The notes under the pieces: model-generated
What the model was told of the DNA's origin: nothing
The model's input: only the letters and a program-made list of their open reading frames with translations
The model's database searches: none
Program-made: the position numbers and the translations under genes
NCBI GenBank assembly: GCA_963825525.1
Contig: CAWGTN010000002.1
Span: 192,001 to 256,000, forward strand
Reading direction: 5' to 3'
Length of the DNA stretch: 64,000 bases
Source: an uncultured Chloroflexia bacterium
Lineage (GTDB): Bacteria; Chloroflexota; Limnocylindria; QHBO01
Shown here: piece after piece, positions 48,451 through 59,239 of the stretch
Layout: the number at the start of each line of letters is the position of its first letter
Numbering within the stretch: position 1 is the first letter of the stretch

Positions 48451-49509
48451 ATGCGCATCGCGGTCGACGCGATGGGAGGCGACAACGCCCCTCGCGAGAT
48501 CGTCCGCGGTGCCGTCGACTACGCACAGAAACAGCCCGCCGACCAGGTCAGCCTGGTCGGCGATGTGCCGCGCCTCGAGCGTGAGGTCGCCGAGTACGGG
48601 AAGGGCACCCCGTCCAACATCCGGTTCGTGGATGCCCCCGAGGTGATCGGCATGGGGGACCACCCGGCCACCGCCCTCCGCACCAAGCGTCGCTCGTCGA
48701 TCCTTGTGGCCACCGACCTCGTTCGGGACGGCGACGCCGATGCGATCGTCAGCGCGGGGTCGACCGGCGCCACGATGGCCGCCGCGATCCTGCGACTCGG
48801 ACGGGTGGACGGCATCGACCGGCCGGCGCTACCGGCACACATGGTCACGGCAACGGGCCCGGTCATGCTCCTCGACGTGGGGGCCAACGTGGATTCCGAT
48901 CCCGAGCATCTCGTCCAATTCGCCGCGATGGGTGCCATCTTCGCCGAGCACGTCCTCCACGTCAGCAACCCTCGCATCGGGCTCCTCAACATCGGCGAGG
49001 AGGTGGAGAAGGGGGACGAGCTGGCGCGAGAGGCCCATGCCAAGCTCGCCGCGCTCGACCTGCACTTCGTGGGCAATGTCGAGGCACACGACATGATCGC
49101 GCATCGGGCGGACGTGGTCGTGTGCGACGGATTCGTCGGGAATGTCGTCATCAAGTTCTTCGAGGGGATCACCAGCTTCGTGTTCCGCGCCCTTCGCGAG
49201 GACCTCCAGCAGGGGCCGCTCGCGCCGCTCGCGCTCCTGGCCCTGCGCCCGGGATTCGACCGCCTCAAGGGCCGCTTCGACTACGAGCGCTACGGTGGCG
49301 CTCCGCTGCTGGGCGTCAAGGGGGTGAGCATCGTCACCCATGGCCGTGCGAAGGCCCGAATGATCGAACATGCCATGCGGGTGGCCTCCGAGTCGGCGGA
49401 GGCACGCGTGCCGGACCTCATCGCCGAATGGACCCGCGAGCACCCGGCGCTGGTGCATCGGGGCGTGCGGTCGCGGATCGCCGCCCGGCTGCACCGGGAG
49501 CGCGCCTGA
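48451..49509 (+). CDS. plsX: Phosphate acyltransferase PlsX
   Basis: AVDAMGGD, SAGSTGA, LDVGAN, LLNIGEE, DGFVGN, GGAPLLG. Confidence 0.97.
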   Translation: MRIAVDAMGGDNAPREIVRGAVDYAQKQPADQVSLVGDVPRLEREVAEYGKGTPSNIRFVDAPEVIGMGDHPATALRTKRRSSILVATDLVRDGDADAIVSAGSTGATMAAAILRLGRVDGIDRPALPAHMVTATGPVMLLDVGANVDSDPEHLVQFAAMGAIFAEHVLHVSNPRIGLLNIGEEVEKGDELAREAHAKLAALDLHFVGNVEAHDMIAHRADVVVCDGFVGNVVIKFFEGITSFVFRALREDLQQGPLAPLALLALRPGFDRLKGRFDYERYGGAPLLGVKGVSIVTHGRAKARMIEHAMRVASESAEARVPDLIAEWTREHPALVHRGVRSRIAARLHRERA

Positions 49510-49950
49510 ATGAGCGCCAAAGCCAGCTCGCGCCCATCGGCCGCGAGCCTCCTGGCACGCCGGCTGGCATTGCTGGCGCTGTTCGAGGAGGAGTTCCGTC
49601 CCGGCTCTGCGCCTGACGCCCTGGAGCGGCTGGCCGAGGAGCGCGACGTGCCGGAGGGCGTCCGCGCCCACGCGGCATCGATCGTCGCCGGTGTGGCGGA
49701 GCATCGGGCCAGCCTCGATGCGCGAATCGCCGTTGAGGCGCCGCTGATCCCGGTTGCCGAGCTCGGCCGCGTGGAGCGGACGATCCTCCGGAGCGCGATC
49801 TACGAGGTGCTATACTCCGCCGCGACCCCGAGCGGGGAGACGATGCGAGATGCCGTATCCCTCGCCCGGATCTACGCCGGCGACGCCGCGCGACGCCTCG
49901 TCAATGGCGTGTTAGGAAGTGTTTCCAGATCATCGGGTGGAGGAGCCTGA
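49510..49950 (+). CDS. nusB: Transcription antitermination factor NusB (divergent)
   Basis: [34 protein letters not shown]. Confidence 0.85.
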   Translation: MSAKASSRPSAASLLARRLALLALFEEEFRPGSAPDALERLAEERDVPEGVRAHAASIVAGVAEHRASLDARIAVEAPLIPVAELGRVERTILRSAIYEVLYSAATPSGETMRDAVSLARIYAGDAARRLVNGVLGSVSRSSGGGA

Positions 49951-49954
49951 ACTC

Positions 49955-50197
49955 GTGACAGACGGCACCATATACGAACGCCTCAAGAAGATCATCGTCG
50001 AGCAGCTCGGCGTCGACGAGGAAGAGGTCCAGCCCCCGGCCTCCTTCGTCGAGGACCTCAATGCCGATTCACTCGACCTGGTCGAGCTCATCATGAGCCT
50101 CGAGGAGGAGTTCGGCATGGAGATCTCGGATGAGGACGCCGAGAGAATCCAGAAGGTCCAGGACGCCGTCGATTTCATCGAGGAGCATCAGCAGTAG
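49955..50197 (+). CDS. acpP: Acyl carrier protein
   Basis: [18 protein letters not shown]. Confidence 0.97.
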   Translation: MTDGTIYERLKKIIVEQLGVDEEEVQPPASFVEDLNADSLDLVELIMSLEEEFGMEISDEDAERIQKVQDAVDFIEEHQQ

Positions 50198-50209
50198 ACG
50201 GGTTCGCCC

Positions 50210-50941
50210 ATGGATGCTCCACCGCTGGACGAGCTCAGCGCCCACCTCGGCATCGTCCTGCGCGAGGAGGAGCTGATTCGTCAGGCCTTCGTCCACAGCT
50301 CCTTCTTCAACGAGAACCCCGCGCTCGCGTCCGGCCATAACGAGCGTCTCGAGTTCTATGGCGACGCCGTGATCGGTGTCACCGTGAGCCGCCTGCTGTA
50401 TGAGCAGTACCCCGACGAGGACGAGGGGTTCCTCACCGCGCGGCGAGCGGCGCTCGTCAACCGCGAGGCCCTGGCCGAGCTGGCACTCGAGATCGGACTC
50501 GATCGCTACCTGATGCTGGGACGCGGCGAGACCGATGCCGGCGGCGCAACCCGACCCTCGGTCCTGGCTGCCTCCCTCGAGGCACTGGCCGGGGCCCTCT
50601 CCCTCGTCAAGGGACCCGAGGAGACCGACGCGATCATCGCGCGGCTCTTCGCACCTCGCCTCCAGGCCCTCGCGGCCATCAGCGGGCCACCGAAATCGGC
50701 GAAGTCGCTGCTCCAGGAGTGGAGCCAGCGGTACCGCGGATCGAAGCCCACCTACCAGCTCATCGACGCGTCGGGGCCACCGCACGACCAGATCTTCCGG
50801 GTGGCGGTGAGCGTTGGCGACATCGTGCTCGGCACCGGGACCGGAACGAGCCGGCAGCGTGCCGAGGAGCAGGCAGCGCAGGTCGCGATGGCCGAGCTGC
50901 CCGACGTGCCCGAGGAGCCGATGCAGACGGCCGTGTCGTGA
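50210..50941 (+). CDS. rnc: Ribonuclease III
   Basis: HSS, NERLEFYGDA, dsRBD (GPPHD, AEEQAA). Confidence 0.96.
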   Translation: MDAPPLDELSAHLGIVLREEELIRQAFVHSSFFNENPALASGHNERLEFYGDAVIGVTVSRLLYEQYPDEDEGFLTARRAALVNREALAELALEIGLDRYLMLGRGETDAGGATRPSVLAASLEALAGALSLVKGPEETDAIIARLFAPRLQALAAISGPPKSAKSLLQEWSQRYRGSKPTYQLIDASGPPHDQIFRVAVSVGDIVLGTGTGTSRQRAEEQAAQVAMAELPDVPEEPMQTAVS

Positions 50942-53900
50942 GCCGTCTCAAGGAGCTCCGTCTTCACGGGTTCAAGTCGTTTGCCGATCCGACACGCTTC
51001 GTGTTCGAACCGGGCGTCAACGCCGTCATCGGCCCCAATGGCTCCGGCAAGAGCAACATGGCCGACGCCGTGCGCTGGGTGCTCGGCGAGCAGTCGAACC
51101 GTTCCCTGCGCACGCGCCGAGCGGACGATGTCATCTTCGGCGGGTCGGAGCAGCGCAAGCCCCAGGGCATGGCCGAGGCCATCCTGACCCTCGACAACGC
51201 CGATGGATGGCTGCCGATCGAATTCGCCGAGGTCTCCATCGGCAGGCGCGCGTATCGATCCGGGGAGAGCGAGTACCTGATCAATGGCGCTCGCGCTCGC
51301 CTGCGTGACGTGGTGGACCTGCTCGGTGAGGGACAGCTCGGTGCGAACGAGCTCGTCGTCGTGGGCCAGGGCACCGTCGACGCCGCGCTCTCGCTTCGTC
51401 CCGAGGAGCGGCGCCAGCTCTTCGAGGAGGCGGCCGGCGTCAAGGGGCTCCAGGTGAAGCGCAACGAAGCATCAGCGCGCCTTGCCCGCGCCCTCGACAA
51501 CCTCACGCGCGTCAGCGACCTGGTCGGGGAGCTCAAGCCCCAGGTGAGGCGGCTCGCACTCCAGGCGGAACATCAGCAACAGCACGACACCCTCGGATCA
51601 CGCGCGCGGGCCTTGATCGGCACATCGATCCGGCGCCGCGAGCTGGCGGCGCGTTCCGAGCTGAGCGAGGCACGACGGCGGGCGGCGGCGGCCGAATCGG
51701 CCCTGGCGAGCTATCGGGACGCGCAGAAGGCCGGGCGCGAGGCGGTCCGGGTCGCCGAGGAACGCTACTGGGCCACAGAACAGGCGGCGAGGGATGCGGC
51801 CGCCGATCGTCAGGCCGCCCACGAGGCGCTCATCCGGCTCGAGGCCCGCGTGGAGGCGCTCTCAGTCCGCCTGAGCGAGATGCAGGTCGCCGTCGAGCGC
51901 GAGGAGCACGAGCTCGGCACGGCCGAGGACGCCCTGGCGAATCTGGACGTCCGTGGGCCGGGCGCCGAGGTCGCACCCGCCATCGCGGCGGCGGCGGCGG
52001 CAGAGTCGGAATGGCGAAGCGCGGTGACCGAGCTGGCGGCGGCCGACGACCTCCTCGTCGCTGCCGAACAGGCCGTATCCGAGCTCAGGGCCCGGCACAG
52101 TGACGCGATCGCAGCACGTGCCCGCGCCGTCGAGGAGGCAACCCAGATCAGCGCGCGCCTCGAGCACCTCGCCCGCGAGCGCGATGCGGCAGCGGCATCC
52201 CTTGGCGATAGCCGGCGACGCGCCAGCCGATGCCGCGGGCGCGCTGGACGAAGCGTCCGCCGCCTCGGTCTCGGCTGCGGAGGCGCTCGAGCGAGCGGCT
52301 GCCGCCCGCGACGCCGCGCAGGAGGAGGCCGATGCCACTCGACGGTCCGTCATCGAGCTCACCGAGCGACTCCAGGCGCTCCGCGCGGAGCTCGGTGCGC
52401 TCGCCCAGCCTCACGACGCGGCCACGCGTCTCGGGCGGCGCCTCGCCGCCGCCGGGTGGCCGACGCTGCTCGACGCGGTCTCGGCGCCGGAGGACTCGTG
52501 GCCGGCCATCGAGGCAGTGGTCGGTGGCGAGCTCGAGAGCGCGCTGCTGTGGTCCGACCGCGATCCGACCGCCGAGATCGTGGGCGCGAAGGGTGCGGCA
52601 CGCATCCTCGCTCCGTCCGAGCCGGTGGACGCCGAGGCGCGGGAAGCGGCGTGTGCGGCGGTGGGTGCGACCCGCACCGTCGCGGACTGGATCGGCATGG
52701 CCGCAGGTCCCAGGGCCTTCACACGAACCGTCGTTGCGCCGAACCTCGATAGCGCTGCTGGCAGGGTGGAGCAATCTCCCGTCGGGGTGGGCAGCGGTGA
52801 CGGCCGGCGGCGACCTCGGGGACGCCCGCGGCGTGATCCTCCGCGGCCAGGCCGACCCACCGGGCGGAGCGGCGGCGAGAGCGCATGTCCGTCGTCGTGA
52901 GCTTGGCAACGCGGTGCAGGAGCTCGAGGCCGAGTTCCATGAAGCACAGCGGAGCGCGCACGATGCGGCCGAGGCACTCCGCCTTCGACGGGGCGAGCAC
53001 CTCGAGGCGCGGGAGCGCCAAGACCAGGCGGAGCAGGCGGCACGGGTCGCGCGTGAAACGGCGGCGGCGTCCGCCGCCGAGCTCGACCGCGACGAGCAGC
53101 GTGCCACGCGACTGGCGGAGGCATTCAGAGCTGCGGAAGGCGATGCGGCCTCGCGCTCCGACGACCCGGCTGCCGAGACGGATGTCGATCAGCTTGTCGA
53201 GCGACAGGCGCATGCGGACGAAACTCGTGCACGGCGTGACGCGCTCGCCGCGCGACGGGACGCGGCACGGGAGAAGTGGACCGGGACTCGCCGCGCCGCG
53301 GAAGAGATCGAGACGCGAACGGCCGGCATGCGCAGCGAACGCGCGAATCTCGAGGCACGAGTGGCGCAGCTTCGTGGCGGCCTGCCTGCCCGACGCTCGG
53401 CGCTCGAGACGCTGCGGCTGGAGCTCGATGAGGCATCGGGTCCGCTCGAGGCCGCGCGGACCAGGCAGGCGACAGTGGACGGCGCGCATGCCCAGGCCGA
53501 GGAGGCTCGACATGCGGCGCGAGCGCAGCTCGTCGCGCTCGAGAGCGAGCAGGGAGATGCCGGCGAGGAGCTCGCGTCGCTCGAGAGCGCGATGCAGGCT
53601 GCGGCCATCGAGGAGTCTCGGCGTGACGAGGCCCTTGCGGGGCTGCTTCGGGAGCGCGAGATCGCCCTCGAGGGCCTTCCCGAGGTCGAGGCGGGGGAGG
53701 CTCCGCAGGATCCGCCGGGGCCGGATATCGAGGCGCTGGACGATGCCGAGCTGGAGACGGAGCTGCGGCGGGTTCGCCGCACCCTCGGGCAGATCGGCTC
53801 CGTGAATCCGTTCGCCGTCGAGGAGCATCGTGAGCTGGCGGCCCGCCTGGACGAGATGAGTGCCCAGGATGGCGACCTGCGCGGTGCAATCACCTCCACC

Positions 53901-54413
53901 GAGGAGCTCATCACCACGCTCGACGCGGAGATCGCCGCCCAGTTCAACACCGCGTTCGCCGCGATCGGCGCCCGCTTCGACGAGTACTGCCAGCTGCTGT
54001 TCGCCGGCGGCTCGGGATCGCTGCAGATGGGTGACGAGTCAGACGGCGACGCTCCCGGCGGGATCGAGATCGTGGTGCGGCCTCCCGGAAAGCGCCTGCA
54101 ACGCCTGGCGATGCTCTCCGGCGGCGAGCGTGCGCTCACCGGCGTTGCCCTGCTCTTCGCCATGCTCACCGTCAACCCGGTGCCGTTCTGCATCCTGGAC
54201 GAGGTTGACGCCGCGCTTGACGAGGCCAATATCGGACGCTTCGCGCAGGCGCTCCGCAAGCTCTCCGAGGCCATCGACTTCGTCGTGATCACCCACAACC
54301 GCGCAACAATCGAAGTCGCCGATACGATCTACGGCGTGACCATGACCGATGCGGCCGTCAGCCGCGTGCTGTCGCTCCGCCTCGCCGACGTCCCCGTCGA
54401 GGTCGAAGCCTGA
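50938..54413 (+). CDS. smc: Chromosome segregation protein SMC, frameshifts near 52210 and 52750
   Basis: GFKSF, GPNGSGKSN, FEEAAG, coiled coils, LSGGE, LDEVDAALD, ITH. Confidence 0.95.
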
Positions 54414-55429
54414 TGTTCTGGCGTCGCCGGGACGGCGGTCCGGAGGAGCTTCCGGCCGAGCCCGAGACCGATCCCGACGTCCAGCTCGAGCCGGCTCCCG
54501 CCACGACCGTGGCCCGTCCCCGACGAGAGCCGAGCGGCATGGGACTGCGGGCACGGCCGTCCGGCATCGGTGCCCGCCTGCGCGCGGCGTTCGGCACGAG
54601 CCAGGCGGCAACCGAATCCACGTGGGACGACGTCGAGGAGGCGCTCATTGCCGCTGACGTGGGAGCTCCCGTCACCATGGAGCTGGTCGACGCGGCCCGC
54701 GTCCGCTTCCGTGCCGAGGGCGGGCGCAGTGGGGAGGACGCCCGACGTGCGCTGGCCACCGAGATCCGCGATCGATTGGCACGGGTCGGCTCCGGCACGT
54801 TCGAACTCGGTGAACCGCCCGCGGTGATCCTGTTCGTCGGGGTGAACGGAACGGGAAAGACCACCACGATCGCCAAGCTGGCCGCGAGGCTCGGCGCCGA
54901 GGGTCGCTCCGTCGTGCTGGCTGCGGCGGACACGTTCCGGGCGGCGGCCATCGAGCAGCTCCGTGTGTGGGGCGACCAGCTGGCGGTCCCGGTCGTGGCC
55001 CAGCGAACGGGGGCGGATCCGGGTGCTGTGGCGTTCGACGCGGTCGTGGCTGCCGAGTCACGCGGGCTGGATGCCGTCCTTGTCGATACCGCGGGCCGCC
55101 TCCAGAACAAGCAGCAGCTCATGGACGAGCTGGCGAAGATCAAGCGCGTGATCGAGCGCCGGATGCCGGGTCAGCCCAGGCACGTTCTGCTGGTCCTTGA
55201 TGCGACCACCGGACAGAACGGCCTCCTTCAGGCCGAGGGCTTCAGCCGTGACGCCGGCGTCACCGGGATCGTGCTGACGAAGCTGGACGGCACGGCCAAG
55301 GGAGGAGTCGCCCTGGCGGTGGCGGAACGCCTGGGAGTGCCGATCCTGTTCGCCGGCGTCGGGGAAGAGATTGATGCACTGGCTCCGTTCGACCCGGAGG
55401 CATTCGTGGAGTGGCTGTTCGCCGACTGA
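54413..55429 (+). CDS. ftsY: SRP receptor FtsY
   Basis: GVNGTGKTTT, DTFRAAA, DTAGR, TKLDGTAKGG. Confidence 0.97.
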   Translation: MFWRRRDGGPEELPAEPETDPDVQLEPAPATTVARPRREPSGMGLRARPSGIGARLRAAFGTSQAATESTWDDVEEALIAADVGAPVTMELVDAARVRFRAEGGRSGEDARRALATEIRDRLARVGSGTFELGEPPAVILFVGVNGTGKTTTIAKLAARLGAEGRSVVLAAADTFRAAAIEQLRVWGDQLAVPVVAQRTGADPGAVAFDAVVAAESRGLDAVLVDTAGRLQNKQQLMDELAKIKRVIERRMPGQPRHVLLVLDATTGQNGLLQAEGFSRDAGVTGIVLTKLDGTAKGGVALAVAERLGVPILFAGVGEEIDALAPFDPEAFVEWLFAD

Positions 55430-55523
55430 ACCCTTCGTTGCCGCCACGCTCGACGCCCCGTAGAATGGGCAGCCGCTTGCCGGCCGATCGTCGCCGGCAC
55501 TGATCTTCCGCACCGGATCGTTC

Positions 55524-56861
55524 ATGTTCGAGTCTCTCTCCACGCGCCTGCAGGGCATCACGGAGCGCCTGCGCGGCAAGGCCCGCATCACCGAGGCCGA
55601 CCTCGACGTCGCCCTCCGCGAGATTCGCCTTGCCCTGCTCGAGGCCGATGTCAACTTCCGCGTCGTCAAGGATTTCGTCGCGCGGCTTCGGGAGCGCGCC
55701 CTGGGGAGCGACGTGCTCACCGGCCTGAACCCCGGTCAGCAGATCGTGAAGCTCGTCCACGAGGAGCTGGTCGATGTGCTCGGCGGTACCCGTCATCACC
55801 TCGACCTGGATGCGCGGCCCGCCGTCCTGATGATGGTCGGCCTGCAGGGCTCGGGAAAGACGACGACTGCCGCCAAGCTCGCCGTCCGCCTCCGCAAGGA
55901 GGGCAAGAAGCCGCTGCTGGTGGCCGCGGACGTCTACCGGCCCGCCGCCGTCGATCAGCTCGTCCAGCTGGGCGACCAGATCGGCGTCGAGGTCCATACC
56001 CGACCGGTCGGGACTCCGGCGCTCGAGGTCGCACGCTCCGGCCTCGACGTTGCGCGCCAGCGCGGCCTCGACGTCATGATCCTGGACACGGCCGGACGGC
56101 TCCACGTCGACGAGGCGATGATGGACGAGCTCGTGCGGATCGTCGGCAGCGTCACTCCGTCGGAGACACTCCTCGTGGTGGATGCGATGACCGGCCAGGA
56201 GGCGGCGCGGGTGGCGGAGGCGTTCCACGCCAAACTGCCGATCACCGGATTGGTCCTCACCAAGATGGACGGTGATGCGCGCGGTGGTGCCGCGCTCAGC
56301 ATCCGCGCCGTCACCGGGCTCCCGGTGTCGTTCCTCGGAACGGGGGAGCGGACCGATGGGCTCGAGCCCTTCCATCCGGATCGACTGGCGCAGCGCATCC
56401 TCGGCATGGGCGACATCCTGAGCTTCGTCGAGCGGGTGCAGGAGAACGTCGACCAGGAGGAAGCGGAGCAGGCCGCCAAGCGGATGATGGAAAACCGCTT
56501 CACGCTCGAGGACTTCCGGGGGCAGCTCAACCAGATCAAGAAGATGGGCCCGATCGGCCAGCTGTTGCAGATGGTTCCCGGCGCGGGCCAGATTGCCGGC
56601 GCCGCCCAGGAAGCCGTCGATTCCGGCCAGATGAAGCGCATCGAGGCGATCATCGACTCCATGACGCCCGAGGAACGGCGACGCCCGGAGCTCATCAAGG
56701 CGAGCAGGAGACGGCGCATCGCGACGGGCAGTGGAACGAACACCGCGGAGGTGAATCGGCTCCTGAAACAGTTCGTCGAGATGCAGAAGATGATGAAGAT
56801 GTTCGCGGGGGGCAAACTGCCTCGCGCCGGCGGGGGCCTCGGCGCCCTGCTCGGCCGCTGA
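55524..56861 (+). CDS. ffh: Signal recognition particle protein Ffh
   Basis: LLEADV, GLQGSGKTT, DTAGR, RILGMGD, M domain SMT..ER. Confidence 0.98.
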   Translation: MFESLSTRLQGITERLRGKARITEADLDVALREIRLALLEADVNFRVVKDFVARLRERALGSDVLTGLNPGQQIVKLVHEELVDVLGGTRHHLDLDARPAVLMMVGLQGSGKTTTAAKLAVRLRKEGKKPLLVAADVYRPAAVDQLVQLGDQIGVEVHTRPVGTPALEVARSGLDVARQRGLDVMILDTAGRLHVDEAMMDELVRIVGSVTPSETLLVVDAMTGQEAARVAEAFHAKLPITGLVLTKMDGDARGGAALSIRAVTGLPVSFLGTGERTDGLEPFHPDRLAQRILGMGDILSFVERVQENVDQEEAEQAAKRMMENRFTLEDFRGQLNQIKKMGPIGQLLQMVPGAGQIAGAAQEAVDSGQMKRIEAIIDSMTPEERRRPELIKASRRRRIATGSGTNTAEVNRLLKQFVEMQKMMKMFAGGKLPRAGGGLGALLGR

Positions 56862-56872
56862 GCGACTGAACC

Positions 56873-58423
56873 ATGCATCGTCTCGTCATCGCAACCGTCA
56901 CCCTGGTCGGTCTGGCCGGCGCCGCGTTCGTGGCCGGATACCTCCTGTTCTTCTCGACCGCCACCGACCGAGCGTCTGCCCTGGCGCCGGCTGACACCGC
57001 CCTGTACGTGAACGTGTACCTGCAGCCATCCGCCGGTCAACAGATGAACCTGGGAAGCCTCATCGGCCGGTTCCCGGGCTTTGCGGACGAGGCATCCCTG
57101 GACGACAAGGTCGACCAGGTGGTGAGCAACCTGGTTGGCGCCGCCGGCGTCGAGCTCGACTACCGGACGCAGGTGAAGCCATGGCTCGGCAGCCAGCTGT
57201 CGGTCGCCACGTGGATGTCCGATGGTGGCCCGATCGTCGTGGTGCTGGTCGACGTCAAGGATGCCGAGCTCGCGCTGGCGTCGATGTCGGAGCTTGCCGG
57301 GAATGAGACAACGATCGCCAGCTATTCGGGCGTCGACATCCAGGTCGGCGATGACCAGGCCTATGCCATCGTCGACGGCATGCTCGTCCTCGCCGATAGC
57401 GCCGAGCCGATCGAGGCGGTGGTCGATGTCCGGGACGGAGCCGACGCGCTCGCGAGTCGTGACGACTTCCGCGCCACCATGCGCGACCTGCCGGCCGACC
57501 ATCTCGCCAGCGGGTTCGTCGACGTGGCGGCGTTGAGCGAAACGACCGCCGTCGGCGAGCAGCTCTCACCGTTCAGCACCGCCGGCGCCGCGCTCGTGGC
57601 CGAGCCCGATGGTCTCAGGCTGAGTGGCCGCGCACCGTTCGACGCCGTGTCGGCAACCTCGTCGGCAACCGCCGGCTTCGGACTGGGTGGCGAGCCGTCG
57701 AGCCTCGTCGACTGGATGCCGCCGGACACCATCGCCGAGGCCGTCGTATTCGGCGTGAGGCGGACGCTCGAGGACGCCGAGGAGGCAGCCGGCGCGATGC
57801 CGGAGGGTCAGGAGATCGTGGGTGCGCTGGACACGTTCCGGGCACTTGCGGCATTCGGACTCGGCGTCGACCTCGACGAAGATCTCCTCCCACTGCTGGA
57901 TCGCGAGGTGGGCGTCGCGTTCTCCGGGATGGACGGGGACCTCCCTCGCGGACAGCTGCTGCTGCGCCCGGAGGATCCCGAGGCGGGAATTGCGGCCCTT
58001 GACCGTATCGTCTCGGGCCTGGGCGCGATCGGTGCGACGTCGAGCACTGAGACCCACGAGGGCGATGAGATCACCGCGGTCTCCATCCCGGACACCATCG
58101 ACCTGGCCTACGCGACCCGCGACGGCATCATCATCATCGGGACCGGCGTGGAGGACGTGGTGGCGTCGCTGGATGCCCACGCATCGGGAAACGCCCTCGC
58201 CACCGGTGCCAGGTACGAGCGGACGTTCGACATCGCGGGCGAACGCGCCGGCAACGAGGTGTTCGTGGATATCGCGGCCGCGGCGTCCCTGGCCGGCGAT
58301 GCGCTTTCGCTTCCAGCCGACGCGCGCGATATCCTGTCACGTATCGGGACGTTCGGGTTCACGGCCCCATCTCATGCCGATCAGATCGAATTCCACGCGG
58401 TTCTCACGGTCGACGAGCCGTAG
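56873..58423 (+). CDS. Membrane-anchored DUF3352-like protein
   Basis: N-terminal TM, PADT, Y..QVKPWLG, internally duplicated architecture (PPDT, DLLPLL). Confidence 0.7.
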   Translation: MHRLVIATVTLVGLAGAAFVAGYLLFFSTATDRASALAPADTALYVNVYLQPSAGQQMNLGSLIGRFPGFADEASLDDKVDQVVSNLVGAAGVELDYRTQVKPWLGSQLSVATWMSDGGPIVVVLVDVKDAELALASMSELAGNETTIASYSGVDIQVGDDQAYAIVDGMLVLADSAEPIEAVVDVRDGADALASRDDFRATMRDLPADHLASGFVDVAALSETTAVGEQLSPFSTAGAALVAEPDGLRLSGRAPFDAVSATSSATAGFGLGGEPSSLVDWMPPDTIAEAVVFGVRRTLEDAEEAAGAMPEGQEIVGALDTFRALAAFGLGVDLDEDLLPLLDREVGVAFSGMDGDLPRGQLLLRPEDPEAGIAALDRIVSGLGAIGATSSTETHEGDEITAVSIPDTIDLAYATRDGIIIIGTGVEDVVASLDAHASGNALATGARYERTFDIAGERAGNEVFVDIAAAASLAGDALSLPADARDILSRIGTFGFTAPSHADQIEFHAVLTVDEP

Positions 58424-58466
58424 AACCGATTCAATCACGACCAACCCACACTGAGGTATCGACCAC

Positions 58467-59003
58467 TTGGCAGTTCGCATTCGATTGACCCGTGTCGGCG
58501 CAACCAAGCGTCCGGCCTACCGGGTGATCGCCATCGACAAGCGACGCTCACGCGACGGGCGCGCACTCGAGATCCTGGGTTTCTACGATCCGCTCACCGA
58601 ACCCGCAACGGTCCACCTCGAGACCGCGCGGATCAACGACTGGATCGGCCGGGGAGCGCAGCCGTCCGAGACGGTCGCGAAGCTCATCCGCCAGGCGGAG
58701 AAGGCAGCGCAGGAACCGACAACCGAGAAGCCGAAGCGAGCCACGCGGGCGTCGAAGCCCAAGCTGAGCGCGAAGGCGAAGGCCAAGGCGGCGGCAGGCG
58801 CGGCAGGCGGCGAGACCGCAGCGGCGCCCGAGGCGGAAGCTGTCACCACCGATGCACCGGAGACCGTCACATCGGACGAGGCGGAAGCCGTCACGGCCGA
58901 CGAGGCGACACCCGATGCGGAGCCGGCGGCCGCTGACGCGACCCCTGAGGCCGAGGCGACAGATGAGGCCAGCGAGCCCGATGGCGACAAGGCCGAAGCA
59001 TGA
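58467..59003 (+). CDS. rpsP: 30S ribosomal protein S16 with long C-terminal tail
   Basis: AVRIRLTR.G, RDGR..E.LG.YDP, GAQPSETV. Confidence 0.96.
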   Translation: MAVRIRLTRVGATKRPAYRVIAIDKRRSRDGRALEILGFYDPLTEPATVHLETARINDWIGRGAQPSETVAKLIRQAEKAAQEPTTEKPKRATRASKPKLSAKAKAKAAAGAAGGETAAAPEAEAVTTDAPETVTSDEAEAVTADEATPDAEPAAADATPEAEATDEASEPDGDKAEA

Positions 59004-59239
59004 AGACCTTCCTCGAATATGTTGCCCGCGGCCTGGTCGACAAGCCCGATGCGGTCTGGGTCGAAGTCGACGAGCAGGCCGATGAGACGGTCCTCACGCT
59101 CGGCGTCGACCAGGAGGATATGGGTCGCGTCATCGGCCGCGATGGACGGATCGCCAACGCCATTCGGAGCCTCCTGAAGGTCATGGCCACCAAGGACGGG
59201 CGCCACGTCGAACTCGAGATCGTCTCCGACGCCGACTGA
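59000..59239 (+). CDS. khpA: KH-domain RNA-binding protein KhpA
   Basis: LVDKPD, DMGRVIGRDG..ANAIR. Confidence 0.93.
   Translation: MKTFLEYVARGLVDKPDAVWVEVDEQADETVLTLGVDQEDMGRVIGRDGRIANAIRSLLKVMATKDGRHVELEIVSDAD

Noticed and set aside
55430-55523. SRP RNA between ftsY and ffh
   Set aside because: No domain IV GGAA/GCAG motif; only a TAGAAT promoter and a short hairpin
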